This document shows, piece after piece, positions 1 through 10,959 of a DNA stretch of 44,925 nt; position 1 is the stretch's first letter; each line of letters opens with the position of its first letter. Both the position numbers and the translations under genes were made by a program. The stretch is from Malacoraja senta (lineage: Eukaryota). Under the pieces are notes generated by a model. The model was not told where the DNA came from. It searched no databases and saw only the letters and a list, made by a program, of their open reading frames with translations. The stretch spans positions 1 to 44,925 of the forward strand of contig JAXLNO010000072.1 of the NCBI GenBank assembly GCA_038087875.1. Direction: 5' to 3'.

Positions 1-2572
1 AAACACAGATCAAAAAATATTAGCGAAAACATTAGCTAGAAGATTAAGTAAATACATTAGTAAATTAATAAACCCAGATCAGACAGGGTTTATCCCTAAG
101 AGATACTCTTCTAATAATATGAGACGTCTACTCAACATAATGCACTCACACAAATCTGAAGATCAAGAATTATCAATTATTTCGCTGGATGCTGAAAAAG
201 CATTTGATCAAGTAGAATGGAATTATATGGATAAAGTATTACAAAAATTTCAACTGGGAGAGAATTTTATTTTATGGATTAAGTTACTATATAACAAACC
301 TACAGCTAGAATACTTACTAATAACATATTATCCTCGAAATTTCAACTATCAAGGGGAAATAGACAAGGATGCTCATTATCACCACAGCTGTTTGCTCTC
401 ATTATTGAACCGCTAGCAGAAAAAATTAGAATACACCCTGATATTCATGGATATAATACTAAAGACTCATATAATAAAATATCTTTATACACGGATGATA
501 TATTATTGTATATTACAAAACCTCAAATCACTATACCAAATATATTAAATTTAATTGAAGACTTCGGATCTTTTTCTGGATATAGAATAAATTGGAATAA
601 AAGTGAAATTATGTCAATAAAACCGAAAGATTCAACACATCTTTTAAAATTCCCTTTTAAAATAGCTACAGAAACATTTAAATATTTGGGAATCGAAATT
701 ACCAGAACATATCAAGGTATGTTCAGGGCAAATTTTGACCCCCTACTTAATAAACTAAATACATTAATTAAATTCTGGAAAACGCTCTCGATGTCTTTAA
801 TAGGCCGAATAAACGCAATAAAAATGATCTTTTTACCACAAATTTTATACCTATTTCAATCAATTCCTATATACTTACCTAAGAAGTTTAAAAAAAAACT
901 CGACTCAGATATCACTAATTTTATATGGGACTATAAATCACATAGAATACAAAAAACTCATCTGAATAAACCTAAAGTATTGGGGGGTCTAGCACTACCT
1001 AATTTTATGTATTATTATTGGTCAGTAAATATTAAAAACATGATTCAACTGATGGATAACTCCGCCCAGCAAGTAGACTGGATTGTAATGGAGAAAGAGG
1101 ATTGCTCCTCTAGAAACATTGGAGCGATCCTCCTCTCTCCAATGAAACTGAATAACATAAACTATAATAAGAACCCAATTATTCATAGTACAATCCGTAT
1201 TTGGAAACAAATAAAACAAAATTTAAAATTAAGAAACTTATCACTTTTATTACCTATAGTCAATAACCCTTCGTTTAGTCCTTCTATTATAGATAAAGCT
1301 TATACACAATGGGATAGACTAGGAATTAAAACGCTTGGTGACTTGTATGAAACTGGAAAATTACTTTCATTTCAACAATTACAAATAAAATATAAACTCG
1401 GAAATAATCAATATTTTAAATATTTTCAAATATGCGACTATTTGAAAAAATATACAAAAGATCATTATAATAATCCAGTAGATGTATTGGACGAGGCAAT
1501 GCAGATAAAAGCGGAATCAGCAAACTTAATATCATATTTGTATAATATTATTTTAAATGTACAAATACCACCTACGGAGGGTATCATAAGAGACTGGGAA
1601 CAAGAGTTAGCTATTAAAATTTCAAAGGAAAGTTGGAATGAATACTTATTAAACGTGCATAAATGCTCGATTAATGTAAGACACACTTTAATACAATTTA
1701 AAATTTTACATAGATTATATTATTCGAAAACTAAAATTCATAAAATTTTCCCAAACGTATCATCTATTTGTGATAAATGTCAATCCCAAGAAGCAACTAT
1801 AGCGCACTCATTTGTCTTCTGTACAAAAATTCAAAAATTTTGGAATGAAATTTTTGAAATCTTTACAAAGTTATTTAAAACAAGACTGATACCCAAAGCA
1901 GAATGGATTATCTTCAGAATAACGGAAGATGATTCAGAACTAAATGTGTTTCAAAAGAAATTAATGGACTATGGGTTAATAACTGGAAAAAAGCTAATTC
2001 TAAAATTTTGGAAGAAGGCTCCAATACCAACTATAAATATGTGGATTTCAAATATGTTTGAAACATTACACCTAGAAGAGATAAGACTCCTCCTAGCAGG
2101 TAAACCAGATCACTTCCACCTGACGTGGTCTGCATTTATAGAATTATTACAAACATAGGGTGCAAAAGTACTTTAAAAAAATTAAAAATTGAGGTCAGGT
2201 AAGGGGGGATGATAGTTGAAGAGTTGGTATGTCCTATTTACGTGATGCTCAAAAAAAAACATTTGTTTCTCTTTTTTTCTCTTTCTCTTTTCTTTTCTTA
2301 GGGCCTATTTCTTAACTCTTTTTCTTTTTGTTTTTAATTTCGCTCTTATAGGGTCTTCGTCATTTTTTGTTGTTACATTTTCTACACTTTTCTACACTTA
2401 CACTTTTTCCTTCACTTTCTTCTTTCTTTCAATCTTTTCTTTTTCTAGTGTAAAAAAATAAATAAAGGGAGTACATTAATTGTAAGAAGATATAAATGAC
2501 GAGTATTAATGTATGTGGTTGTAATGTAATGTACTTCTAATAAATAAAAATTAAAAAAAAAAAAAAAAAAAA
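1..2572 (+). mobile_element. L1-clade retrotransposon 3' end with T-rich 3' UTR, AATAAA and poly(A) tail
   Basis: ORF2 ends at 2158, AATAAA at 2539-2544, 20-nt poly(A) at 2553-2572. Confidence 0.92.
2..2158 (+). CDS. L1-clade LINE ORF2, 3' part (RT domain and C-terminal CCHC knuckle); open from the window start
   Basis: Frame is open from position 2 (NTDQKILAK...PDQTGFIP) into the 679-aa ORF. Motifs: SLDAEKAFD, GNRQGCSLSP, LYTDD (YADD position), FSGYRINWNKS, FKYLGI, GGLALPN, CDKC..HSFVFC. Confidence 0.93.
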   Translation, partial: NTDQKILAKTLARRLSKYISKLINPDQTGFIPKRYSSNNMRRLLNIMHSHKSEDQELSIISLDAEKAFDQVEWNYMDKVLQKFQLGENFILWIKLLYNKPTARILTNNILSSKFQLSRGNRQGCSLSPQLFALIIEPLAEKIRIHPDIHGYNTKDSYNKISLYTDDILLYITKPQITIPNILNLIEDFGSFSGYRINWNKSEIMSIKPKDSTHLLKFPFKIATETFKYLGIEITRTYQGMFRANFDPLLNKLNTLIKFWKTLSMSLIGRINAIKMIFLPQILYLFQSIPIYLPKKFKKKLDSDITNFIWDYKSHRIQKTHLNKPKVLGGLALPNFMYYYWSVNIKNMIQLMDNSAQQVDWIVMEKEDCSSRNIGAILLSPMKLNNINYNKNPIIHSTIRIWKQIKQNLKLRNLSLLLPIVNNPSFSPSIIDKAYTQWDRLGIKTLGDLYETGKLLSFQQLQIKYKLGNNQYFKYFQICDYLKKYTKDHYNNPVDVLDEAMQIKAESANLISYLYNIILNVQIPPTEGIIRDWEQELAIKISKESWNEYLLNVHKCSINVRHTLIQFKILHRLYYSKTKIHKIFPNVSSICDKCQSQEATIAHSFVFCTKIQKFWNEIFEIFTKLFKTRLIPKAEWIIFRITEDDSELNVFQKKLMDYGLITGKKLILKFWKKAPIPTINMWISNMFETLHLEEIRLLLAGKPDHFHLTWSAFIELLQT

Positions 2573-3325
2573 TTGGTTGTGGGTGAATCAAACTTTCAGC
2601 ACTGAGAAACCAATGAGACTTTCTGAAGGGCCTGTCCCACTTTCACGACTTAATTCAAAACCTCTGCCGAGTTTAAAGGACCTAAAAAAAAAATCAAGAT
2701 CGTGGTAATCTACGAACCCCTACGACCTTCCACAACTATGTTCACGAACTCCTACGAGTATGTCTACAAATTCCCACGACTATTTCGATGCCCTCTTTAT
2801 GAGTAAAAAGTTGCAATTTCTTTCATACCGAACATTTTTTTTACTCATGGACATTATTTATCGGGCTGGAAAAAACATCCCGACTTACGTGCCGTCAGGG
2901 TAGGCAAGGTAGGCACTGCCTACCCTGACTAAAATTATAAAATGGTAATTACTAAATATAAATAGTAAAGGCATGGGAGAATTATGCCTATCTAAGAGAT
3001 CGATCTCTTCGGTAGGCATAATTCTCCGTGCCTTTCACCCGCAGCACTTGTAACCCTTGAAGGTCTGTGCAGCCCACATGCCGTCAGCGCTGCTTCAAGC
3101 CGTCAATTTCAAGCGAGGCTGAAGGCAGCTGAAATTCTGCCTTTGCAGGCGCAGCAGCCTACTGCGCATGCGCAACGCTGGTTTCTTGGCGGGGTTTTCA
3201 AATATGGATTGTCATTATTTTAAGTGTATCTTAGGAAACAAAGAGAAAAGAATGGAGTTCATGCACCGATAATGTGGTATGTACATTTTGTGTTTATGTT
3301 TTTAAATACGCTATTTCCCGAGGTG

Positions 3326-4018
3326 TGGGGGGAGAGTTCCTTTCACAGCGTTTGGGGAGTCTGGCCCGGGGTAAAGTTGTGGGGAGGGCACGAATGTTGA
3401 GAAGGAGGGGGTTGGGATCATGTCACTTGCGACACTCCTTGCACGGAGCCACCGCATTGAGGCCGGGGGAGAGAAGTAGCTCGGGTGGCTGTGATCGGCC
3501 GCCGGGCCGGACAGCGGAACCGACCGCCACCTCAGCTCCTTCTGCCGGCCCCCGCTCACCTCTGGCATCTCTCCATCTAAAAACCTCGCTCCTGCCGCTC
3601 GCTGGCCTCACTCATGTCAGCCGCTTCCCGCAAATCCTTAAATTTCGACAGCGCGATTGAGGTTACTCGGCTGTGGGAATTTAAGGATTTGCGGGAAGCG
3701 GCTGACATGAGCGAAGTCAGCGAGCGGCAGGTGAGAGGTGGTCAGACGGAAAGCACTGCCTGAGGTGAGCGGGCCGGCAGAAGGCGCTGAAGTGGCGGCC
3801 AGTTCTGCTGTCGGGTCCCAGCGGCCGCTCGCAGCTACCCGAGCAGCTTCTATCCCCGGCTACAATGCGGTGGCTCCGCGCCTGGAGCGCCGCGGCAGCA
3901 GTGAGTGAGTGAGTTACTGCCATTATCCCCGACCCCCTCCTTCTCAACACTCCTGCCCTCCCCGCAACTTTACCCCTGGTCAGACTCTCCACACGCTGTG
4001 AAAGGAACTCTCCCCCCA
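3326..4018. repeat. ~690-bp GC-rich imperfect palindrome (foldback/MITE-like)
   Basis: The arms are reverse complements around a ~30-nt loop near 3645-3677. The ORF track shows near-identical peptides on opposite strands (GGEFLSQRLGSLARGKV / GGEFLSQRVESLTRGKV). Confidence 0.9.
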
Positions 4019-4149
4019 ATTGGTCCCTTGAACAAGTGTTGTCATTCAATAAGATGACAACTGATTCAACTTTTCCCTGTCCTCCCGTTTTTCCCACCAT
4101 CTCTCCACCTGCCATCACCCTTCACCCCGCCACCCATTCAGTAATTCTG

Positions 4150-5557
4150 AAGTAAAGTAAAGTAAAGTAGCAAAGTAAACTTTATTGTCAATTCAAATAA
4201 TGCAACAAGTAGTTACACAGAGGATTGAAATTGCGTTTCCCCATACTCCAATGTGCAAGTAATATTTATAACACAGACAGACAATATACCAATAAAGATA
4301 GACAATGGACATATACATTATATAAAATATTCACAGTGTGCCAGAGTGTAGTAAAATGTTGAGGTATGTTATTAAGGTGCAATAATAAAAGGTGCAATAT
4401 AGAAAAGTGCAAATAGCATACTGCAGACATTGAGTTAAAGTTAATTTGACAGTCAGTTGGTCTTTGTGTAATGTTCATGGAATTTTCTTGAGTGTGTTGA
4501 GTAGTCTGATGGCCTGAGAGAAAAAGCTGTTTTTGAATCTGGTGGTTTTGCTCCGCATGCTGCGGTAGCGCTTGCTGGATGGTAGGAGGGTGAACAGTTT
4601 GTGTGCTGGGTGGGTGGTGTCTTTGATGATATTGGTTGCTCTCTTGCGACAGCGAGATAATAATAATAATAATAGATTTTATTTATATAGCGCTTTTCAG
4701 GTCTCAAAGTCGCTTTACAATTGAGAGTCAGGAATAAACAAAACAAAATAGAGCAGTAAGACAGAGGGGAGGGGAACATGGGACTAAGGGTATGCAGAGG
4801 TGAAGAGATGGGTCTTGAGGCGGGACTGGAAGATGGTGAGGGACTCAGAATTTCGGACCGGATGTGGGAGGGAATTCCAGAGCCTGGGAGCTGCCCTGGA
4901 GAAGGCTCTGCCTCCAAAAGTGCAGAGGTTTGATATCGGAGTGGAGAGGAGACCGGCTGATGTGGATCTGAGGGACCGTGATGGTTGGTAGGGGGAGAGG
5001 AGGTCAATGAGATAAGGGGGGGCCAGGTTGTTGAGGGCTTTGTAGGTGAGGACCAGGATTTTGTAGGTGATCCAGTGGGAAATGGGAAGCCAGTGAAGTT
5101 CTTTGAGAACTGGGGTGATGTGGTGCCAGGATTTGGTGTGGGTGATGAGTCGGGCGGCTGCATTCTGGACCAGTTGGAGTCGTTTGATGCTGCTGGAATT
5201 GATTCCGAAAAGAAGAGAATTACAGTAGTCCAGTCGGGAGGAGATGAAGGCATGGATGAGTCTTTCAGCAGCGGGGGGTGTGAGAGACAATCTGATTTTT
5301 GCAATGTTGCGGAGGTGAAAAAATGATGTTTTGACAACATGGCGGATGTGAGGCTCAAGGGAGAGGGTTGAGTCAAGGATCATGCCAAGGTTGCGTGCCT
5401 GAGGAGATGGGGAGACAGTGGTGCCGTCGATAGTGAGAGTGGGGTTGTTAATTTTAGTGAGTGTTGATTTGGAGCCAATGAGGAGAATAAGTCCTGGATT
5501 GCTGGTTGGGGTGATCTAGTGATCTTCTCCGCTGTCCTCACCACTCTCTGTAGGGCT
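4150..5557 (-). mobile_element. Rex1/Babar-like LINE 3' fragment split by an L2 insertion (pieces ~4150-4660 and ~5487-5557)
   Basis: The minus strand reads ALQRVVRTAEKIT...AIQDL, then SRCRKRATNIIKDTTHPAHKLFTLLPSSKRYRSMRSKTTRFKNSFFSQAIRLLN. Tail is (AAGTA)n on the + strand. Confidence 0.8.
4657..5490 (-). mobile_element. L2-clade LINE, 5'-truncated
   Basis: ORF 4784-5383 contains SRLDYCNSLL, LQLVQNAAARL, HITPVLKELHWLP, RAFSRAAPRLWNSLP. (TAA)n tail at ~4657-4673. Confidence 0.9.
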
Positions 5558-6285
5558 ATAAAGGAGTCATGGAAGCATTGGGCAAATTGAATTGTTACTG
5601 TCTTTATTTTTATTTTTTATTTTTACCGAGAGAACAATCTGCGCATGCGCAGTTTTTTGTTTTTTTTAAAGTCGACTGACTGCCTACCTTGAGTAATTAC
5701 TCACGGCACGTGCCTGCGCCATGAGTACCTACGGCTGGCATAACGAGCCGCTACGATATATCTACGGACTCCTACGGACTCGTTACGGACATTCTGCGAG
5801 TTTGAATCAAGGGGAAAACTCGGGAGAATTTGTGAATAAGTCGTGAAAGTGGGACAGGCCCTTAAGCGGGCTCACTCAAGAGTTAAAATCACCCTCTCCT
5901 GGTTACAATGTTGCCGAGTCAATAATCCAGTGGTGTGTGGAGGTACACACCGCAGCCACTGATACCAGGAACAAATGTTTTGTTAGAGGCACAAGAAACT
6001 GCAGATGCCTGAATCTTGAACAAAGCACAAAGGTGCTGGAGGAACTCAGGGGGTCAGGCAGCACCAGGGGAGCAAACAGACAAGAGATGATTCAGATCAG
6101 GACCCTTCCTCGGACTGATTGAGGAGGGGAATGTTGGAAAAGCGAGGCAGGGCAGGACAAAGCCTGGCAAGTGACAGGGGGGAGGGGGGTGTTTGGGTGA
6201 TGGGTTGTCTGTCCATCAGCTATAAAGCAGTGGTCATCCTCCCACCATCAACTAATTAACCATGTTACTGGATTGACTTTTTCAG

Positions 6286-6414
6286 GCCGAACTCTATATG
6301 ACAGTTATGCAGGCTGCCTTGCCAAGACCCTGTGTTACGTCTCCACTCCAATGACAATCGGCTTATATGCCCCGTGGGGATCGGAAGTCAACTGCCTTCT
6401 GAAAAATGTGGAAA
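6286..6414 (+). CDS. NKPD1: NKPD1-like internal coding exon (KAP NTPase N-terminal strand / Walker A region)
   Basis: Acceptor TTTTTCAG| and donor |GTAAGT. Translates RTLYDSYAGCLAKTLCYVSTPMTIGLYAPWGSEVNCLLKNVE, matching the NKPD1 CLAKTLC..P.TVGFYAP motif. Its phase-1 end (A) joins AA at 10960 to give an in-frame Lys. Confidence 0.88.
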
Positions 6415-7439
6415 GTAAGTTCACGCTGTTACAGAAATTCATGAATTCACTTTCAATTTTTAATTTGAAAACAAAATCCTGTTGTGCTTGTAGGATATCA
6501 TTTATTCTTATCCTTAATGTAACCAATTAGGAAATACTATAATGTGTGATCAATATTGATTATGTATCATATCACTGACACAAAATGTCAAATGCAATCC
6601 CATGGGATTGGTGCCAAAAGTATCTCGACAGTAGGCACCACTGACCTCCAGTTCTGCTATCCCGAGAGCCTCCATTAAGATTCAGCCAATGTAATTTTAA
6701 TCAAACTTCAGTGAATTGAATTTATAGTAATCCTTTATTTTAAATGGCAATACAATTGGATCATCAGGGTGATCAGAATGGTAATGAATGCATTTCAACA
6801 GCAGCCCATCGATCTATGGGGGTTTCATTTTATTTATTCATTTTGGGGAATCAGGGCTTGTCAAATAGTGGCGATTGCCCATCCCTAATCACCCTAGAGG
6901 GGACGGTGAGCTGCATGGAGTCAAAGGTGGAAATCCTGGAGGGACGGGGGAGACAAGTCCCACCCCATGCTTCGAGAGGTGGGGGACAATACTCCCCATG
7001 TTTTGTAATCCGGACTTTAGCAGACGCTTTCTAAGGGCTGAACCGGCCCGTTCGCAGGGCCTTTCAACGCCAGGCGCGGCTTAAAATCAAACTGTTGCAT
7101 CAAGTTGATCTAGGCTCCCGATGAAGGACCCCGTGAACCGGTCGATTCAAGCCCCACGATTCGGGGCGGACGAAGCTGCTGTTGTTGTCGGTCACCAACC
7201 AGGTCAGCTCCTGATGTTACCGTCCTCAGGGCCCACGGCTGAAACCTCGCGTGTGTGCGCACACTCTCACGCAGCTGCCAAGAAATTGTGTCCCCCGCAT
7301 GTTTGATAGCGATTTCCGTGCCTGCATGGAGTCATAGAGCAACACAAAAGGCTCCATTGCCCATTAAGTCCACATTGACCCTGAATCACCCATTTATGCA
7401 TATCACATTTTATTCTCTCCATGTAACTATCAATTCCCC

Positions 7440-7755
7440 CAAAATTCTAACTCTCACAATGACTCAGAACAATTTACATTGGGTAATCAACCGACCCGCA
7501 CATTTTTGGGATGTGGGAGGAATAGACAATAGGTTCAGGAGTAGGCCATTCAGCCCTTCAAGCCAGCATCGCCATCCAATGTGATCATGGCTGATCATCC
7601 CCAATCAGTACCCCGTTCCTGCCAGGAAGACAGGAGCACCTTGGGGAAACCCACACTGTCTCAGGCAGAGCATGCAAGAGCTCACGGATACCATTGGAGA
7701 TCGGCAGCAATCCTTGGAGCTGAGGAGGCAGCAGTTCTACCAGCTGCACCGCTGT
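7440..7755 (-). mobile_element. Degenerate V-SINE copy interrupted by a short CR1 3' end (~7521-7625)
   Basis: TTTTGGGATGTGGGAGGAA...GGGAAACCCAC...GGCAGCAGTTCTACC resembles the other SINE copies. The insert matches the CR1 tail at 9055-9150. Confidence 0.6.
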
Positions 7756-9027
7756 GGGACCCTTCCTGAATCACTGCAATCCGTCTGGCGAAAGGTGCTC
7801 AAACAGTACCGTGGGGACGAATGGCGAGATTTAGGCTGAATGATGAAAGACCAGCAATTTATTTCTAAATTGGATGGTGTATAGAACTTAAGGTGATGTG
7901 TTCCCATCCACCTGTTGCCTTGTCCTCCTCCATGCTTTGGGTGCTGAAACCAGTTTAAACTAATCCAACATGTTGGTCATTTTGTACACTCGGGTTAGAC
8001 TTGGCAAACTAACATATAACCGCTTCAGGGTTCCACCGAGCGATTATGAAGTTATTAATGTCCCCCTAATAAGGAGCAGTTTATCAGTCATCTGGCCCTT
8101 TAAAGCCCATTCCAGTCATTCAGCAAGATCTGAGGGTCTGAGCTATAAGGAGAGGTTGAGCAGGCTGGGGGTCTCTACCCTAGAGTGCAAAAGGGGGAGA
8201 ACAAAAGGAGGAGCCGGAGTGCTTTGTAGCTTGGTCAGCGGCGTAGGTGGCTGCTATTTGTATACCTTGGGTATACAGCAAAGAATCCCACTGTGCCTAG
8301 TCACATGTGACAATGAAGTATTCCATTCCTTAACATGGGGGCGTCTCATCGGCACACCCTGTTCACAGTTAATGAAAGTGTGCACGCACATGCACCTCCA
8401 ACCAGCTGGAAAAATGCTGTTCCACTTGCTTATAAAATAGAATGAGTAATTATTAGTTCTTCTTTCTGGATGAGTAATTATGTAAATCAGACAAGCCTTT
8501 TTTTATTTTAGTTTTAAATAATGAGCAATTTGCTGAATATATTGCTTTACACTCCCTAAATATCCAGACTAACTGGTACCAAAGCGTGCTCATTAACAAC
8601 CAGTTTCTACTGCCTCACAAACACTATTGTTAAACTTTCACATGTCAGACTCCACTGAGCAGACAGACAGCCAAGACATGATTTAACATTTATTGCACAA
8701 AACACAAAAATGCTGGAGAAACTCAGCAGGTTAGACAGCAGATGGTTCGACAGCCCCTCCACGGAGAAGAAAGAGGGAGAGATTGGACGTTATTGCCTTC
8801 CTTCATAGTGAGGAATGTGGGGAGCCGCTGTGGTGGATGTTTATGTTGAATTTTATGTTATGTTTCTTACTGCTTTTCATTTGGTGTGGCCCTATGGTAA
8901 CTCGAATGTCACTCACTGTACCTTATGGTACATGTGACAATAAACCCATCTTGAATCTTGAATAGATATGATGGGCCAAATGGCCTAATTCTGCTTATAT
9001 AACATATGAACTATTGGTCAAACATAT

Positions 9028-10232
9028 TAGAAACATAGAAACATAGAAACATAGAAAATAGGTGCAGGAGTAGGCCATTCGGCCCTTTGAGCCTGCACCG
9101 CCATTCAATATGATCATGGCTGATCATCCAACTCAGTATCCCGTACCTGCCTTCTCTCCATATCCCCTGATCCCCTTAGCCACAAGGGCCACATCTAACT
9201 CCCTCTTAAATATAGCCAATAAACTGGCCTCAACTACCCTCTGTGGCAGAGAGTTCCAGAGATTCACCACTCTCTGTGTGAAAAAGATTTTCCTCATCTC
9301 GGTCTTAAAGGATTTCCCCCTTATCCTTAAGCTGTGACCCCTTGTCCTGGACTTCCCCAACATCGGGAACAATCTTCCTGCATCTAGCCTGTCCAACCCC
9401 ATAAGAATTTTGTACGTTTCTATAAGATCCCCTCTCAATCTCCTAAATTCTAGCGAGTATAAGCCAAGTCTATCCAGTCTTTCTTCATATGAAAGTCCTG
9501 ACATCCCAGGAATCAGTCTGGTGAACCTTCTCTGCACTCCCTCTATGGCTATAATGTCCTTCCTCAGATTTGGAGACCAAAACTGTACGCAATACTCCAG
9601 GTGTGGTCTCACCAAGAACCTGTACAACTGCAGTAGAACCTCCCTGCTCCTATACTCAAGTCCTCTTGCTATGAAGGCCAACATACCATTCGCTTTCTTC
9701 ACTGCCTGCTGCACCTGCATGCCTACTTTCAATGACTGGTGTACCATGGCACCCAGGTCTCGCTGCATCTCTCCATTTCCTAATCGGCCACCATTTAGAT
9801 AATAGTCTGCCTTCCCGCTTTTGCCACCAAAGTGGATAACCTCACATTTATCCACATTATACTGCATCTGCCAAACATTTGCCCACTCACCCAGCCTATC
9901 CAAGTCACCTTGCAGTCTCCTAGCATCCTCCTCACAGCTAACACTGCCCCCCAGCTTAGTGTCATCCGCAAACTTGGAGATGTTGCTTTGAATTCCCTCG
10001 TCCAGATCATTAATATAAATTGTAAATAGCTGGGGTCCCAGCACTGAGCCTTGCGGTACCCCACTAGTCACTGCCTACCATTGTGAAAAGGACCCGTTTA
10101 CTCCTACTCTTTGCTTCCTGTTTGCCAGCCAGTTCTCTATCCACATCAATACTGAACCCCCATTACCGTGTGATTTAAGTTTGTATCCTAATCTCTTATG
10201 TGGTACCTTGTCGAAAGCCTTCTGAAAGTCCA
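9028..10232 (-). mobile_element. CR1-clade LINE, 5'-truncated, with open RT C-terminus (ORF 9133-10071); lies in the NKPD1 intron, antisense
   Basis: Motifs SGVPQGSVLGP, KFADDTKL, VRPHLEYCVQFWSP, RRLRGDLIE, WNSLP. (AGAAACAT)n octamer tail at 9029-9058. Confidence 0.93.
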
Positions 10233-10959
10233 ATACTGGCTGAGGAGCTAATCATTTACAGTATGCAAACGTCCAGGGACAGTATTGGGAGGTGACAGCC
10301 ACAATGCAGAGTTGCTTAGTACAATTCAAACACTGTATGCTGGGTTTGAAGGTGTGTATGCTCTATAATACTTAGCACCAAGACTCTCAGTGAAAGACCA
10401 AATTCTTGTGATATGTCAGGCGTTAATTAGTGCTGTCACCCATCAGTCAGCCTTCAATTGAAGTAATATTCGTGACAGTGAGTGTTGGTGAAGAATGAAG
10501 GGAGTGTGATCAAGGCTGCAGAATTTGCTATCACTGCACATTCCTTTCTGACCTACAGTGGGAGGAGGAGAAGCAATTGGCTTTGCCCTGGGGGACTCCT
10601 GCAGTGATGTCCATGTGGTAATGTACTACCAATAACCACAGCCACCTCCCTTTGTGTGATCCTTTTCTCTTTTATTGCCATTGGCTTCAGATTTACAAAG
10701 GCTCCCTAAACCTTGGTCTCTTCACCCCTACAATTTATTTAATTGATCAATATTTGGACCTATTCTATGAGGTTTGGTGCTGAGGTTTGGGCATTGGTAA
10801 AGATCGGCATTATTATCTCACAGCACTGTTAACATCAGTGGTTACCCTTTACTAGATTAGGGTTAGAAATATGACCTTAAATGTAAAGTATTAAAATTAT
10901 ATTTATTATATTTGTAAATTAAGCAGCTGTGTGTCGATAATGACATCCTTCTTTTATAG

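Larger units (their letters stand above)
2887..5716. mobile_element. Nested non-autonomous DNA transposon (hAT-like CAGG terminus), left tip eroded
   Basis: Left ACGTGCCGTCAG...AAGGTAGGCA matches in reverse the right TGCCTACCTT...CTCACGGCACGTGCCTG (to 5716). It interrupts the outer TIR element. No TSD was seen. Confidence 0.55.
2627..5862. mobile_element. Non-autonomous TIR DNA transposon (PIF/Harbinger-like), expanded by nested insertions
   Basis: Left end AGGGCCTGTCCCACTTTCACGACTT (2627) is the reverse complement of right end AAGTCGTGAAAGTGGGACAGGCCCT (to 5862). Flanks are TGA and TAA (imperfect 3-bp TSD). Subterminal CTACGA/CTACGG repeats occur on both sides. Superfamily is inferred from terminus and TSD style. 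Confidence 0.7.

Noticed and set aside
4453..5376. 307-aa - strand ORF
   Set aside because: Alternative frame of the L2 and Rex1 fragments, crossing a (TAA)n tail.
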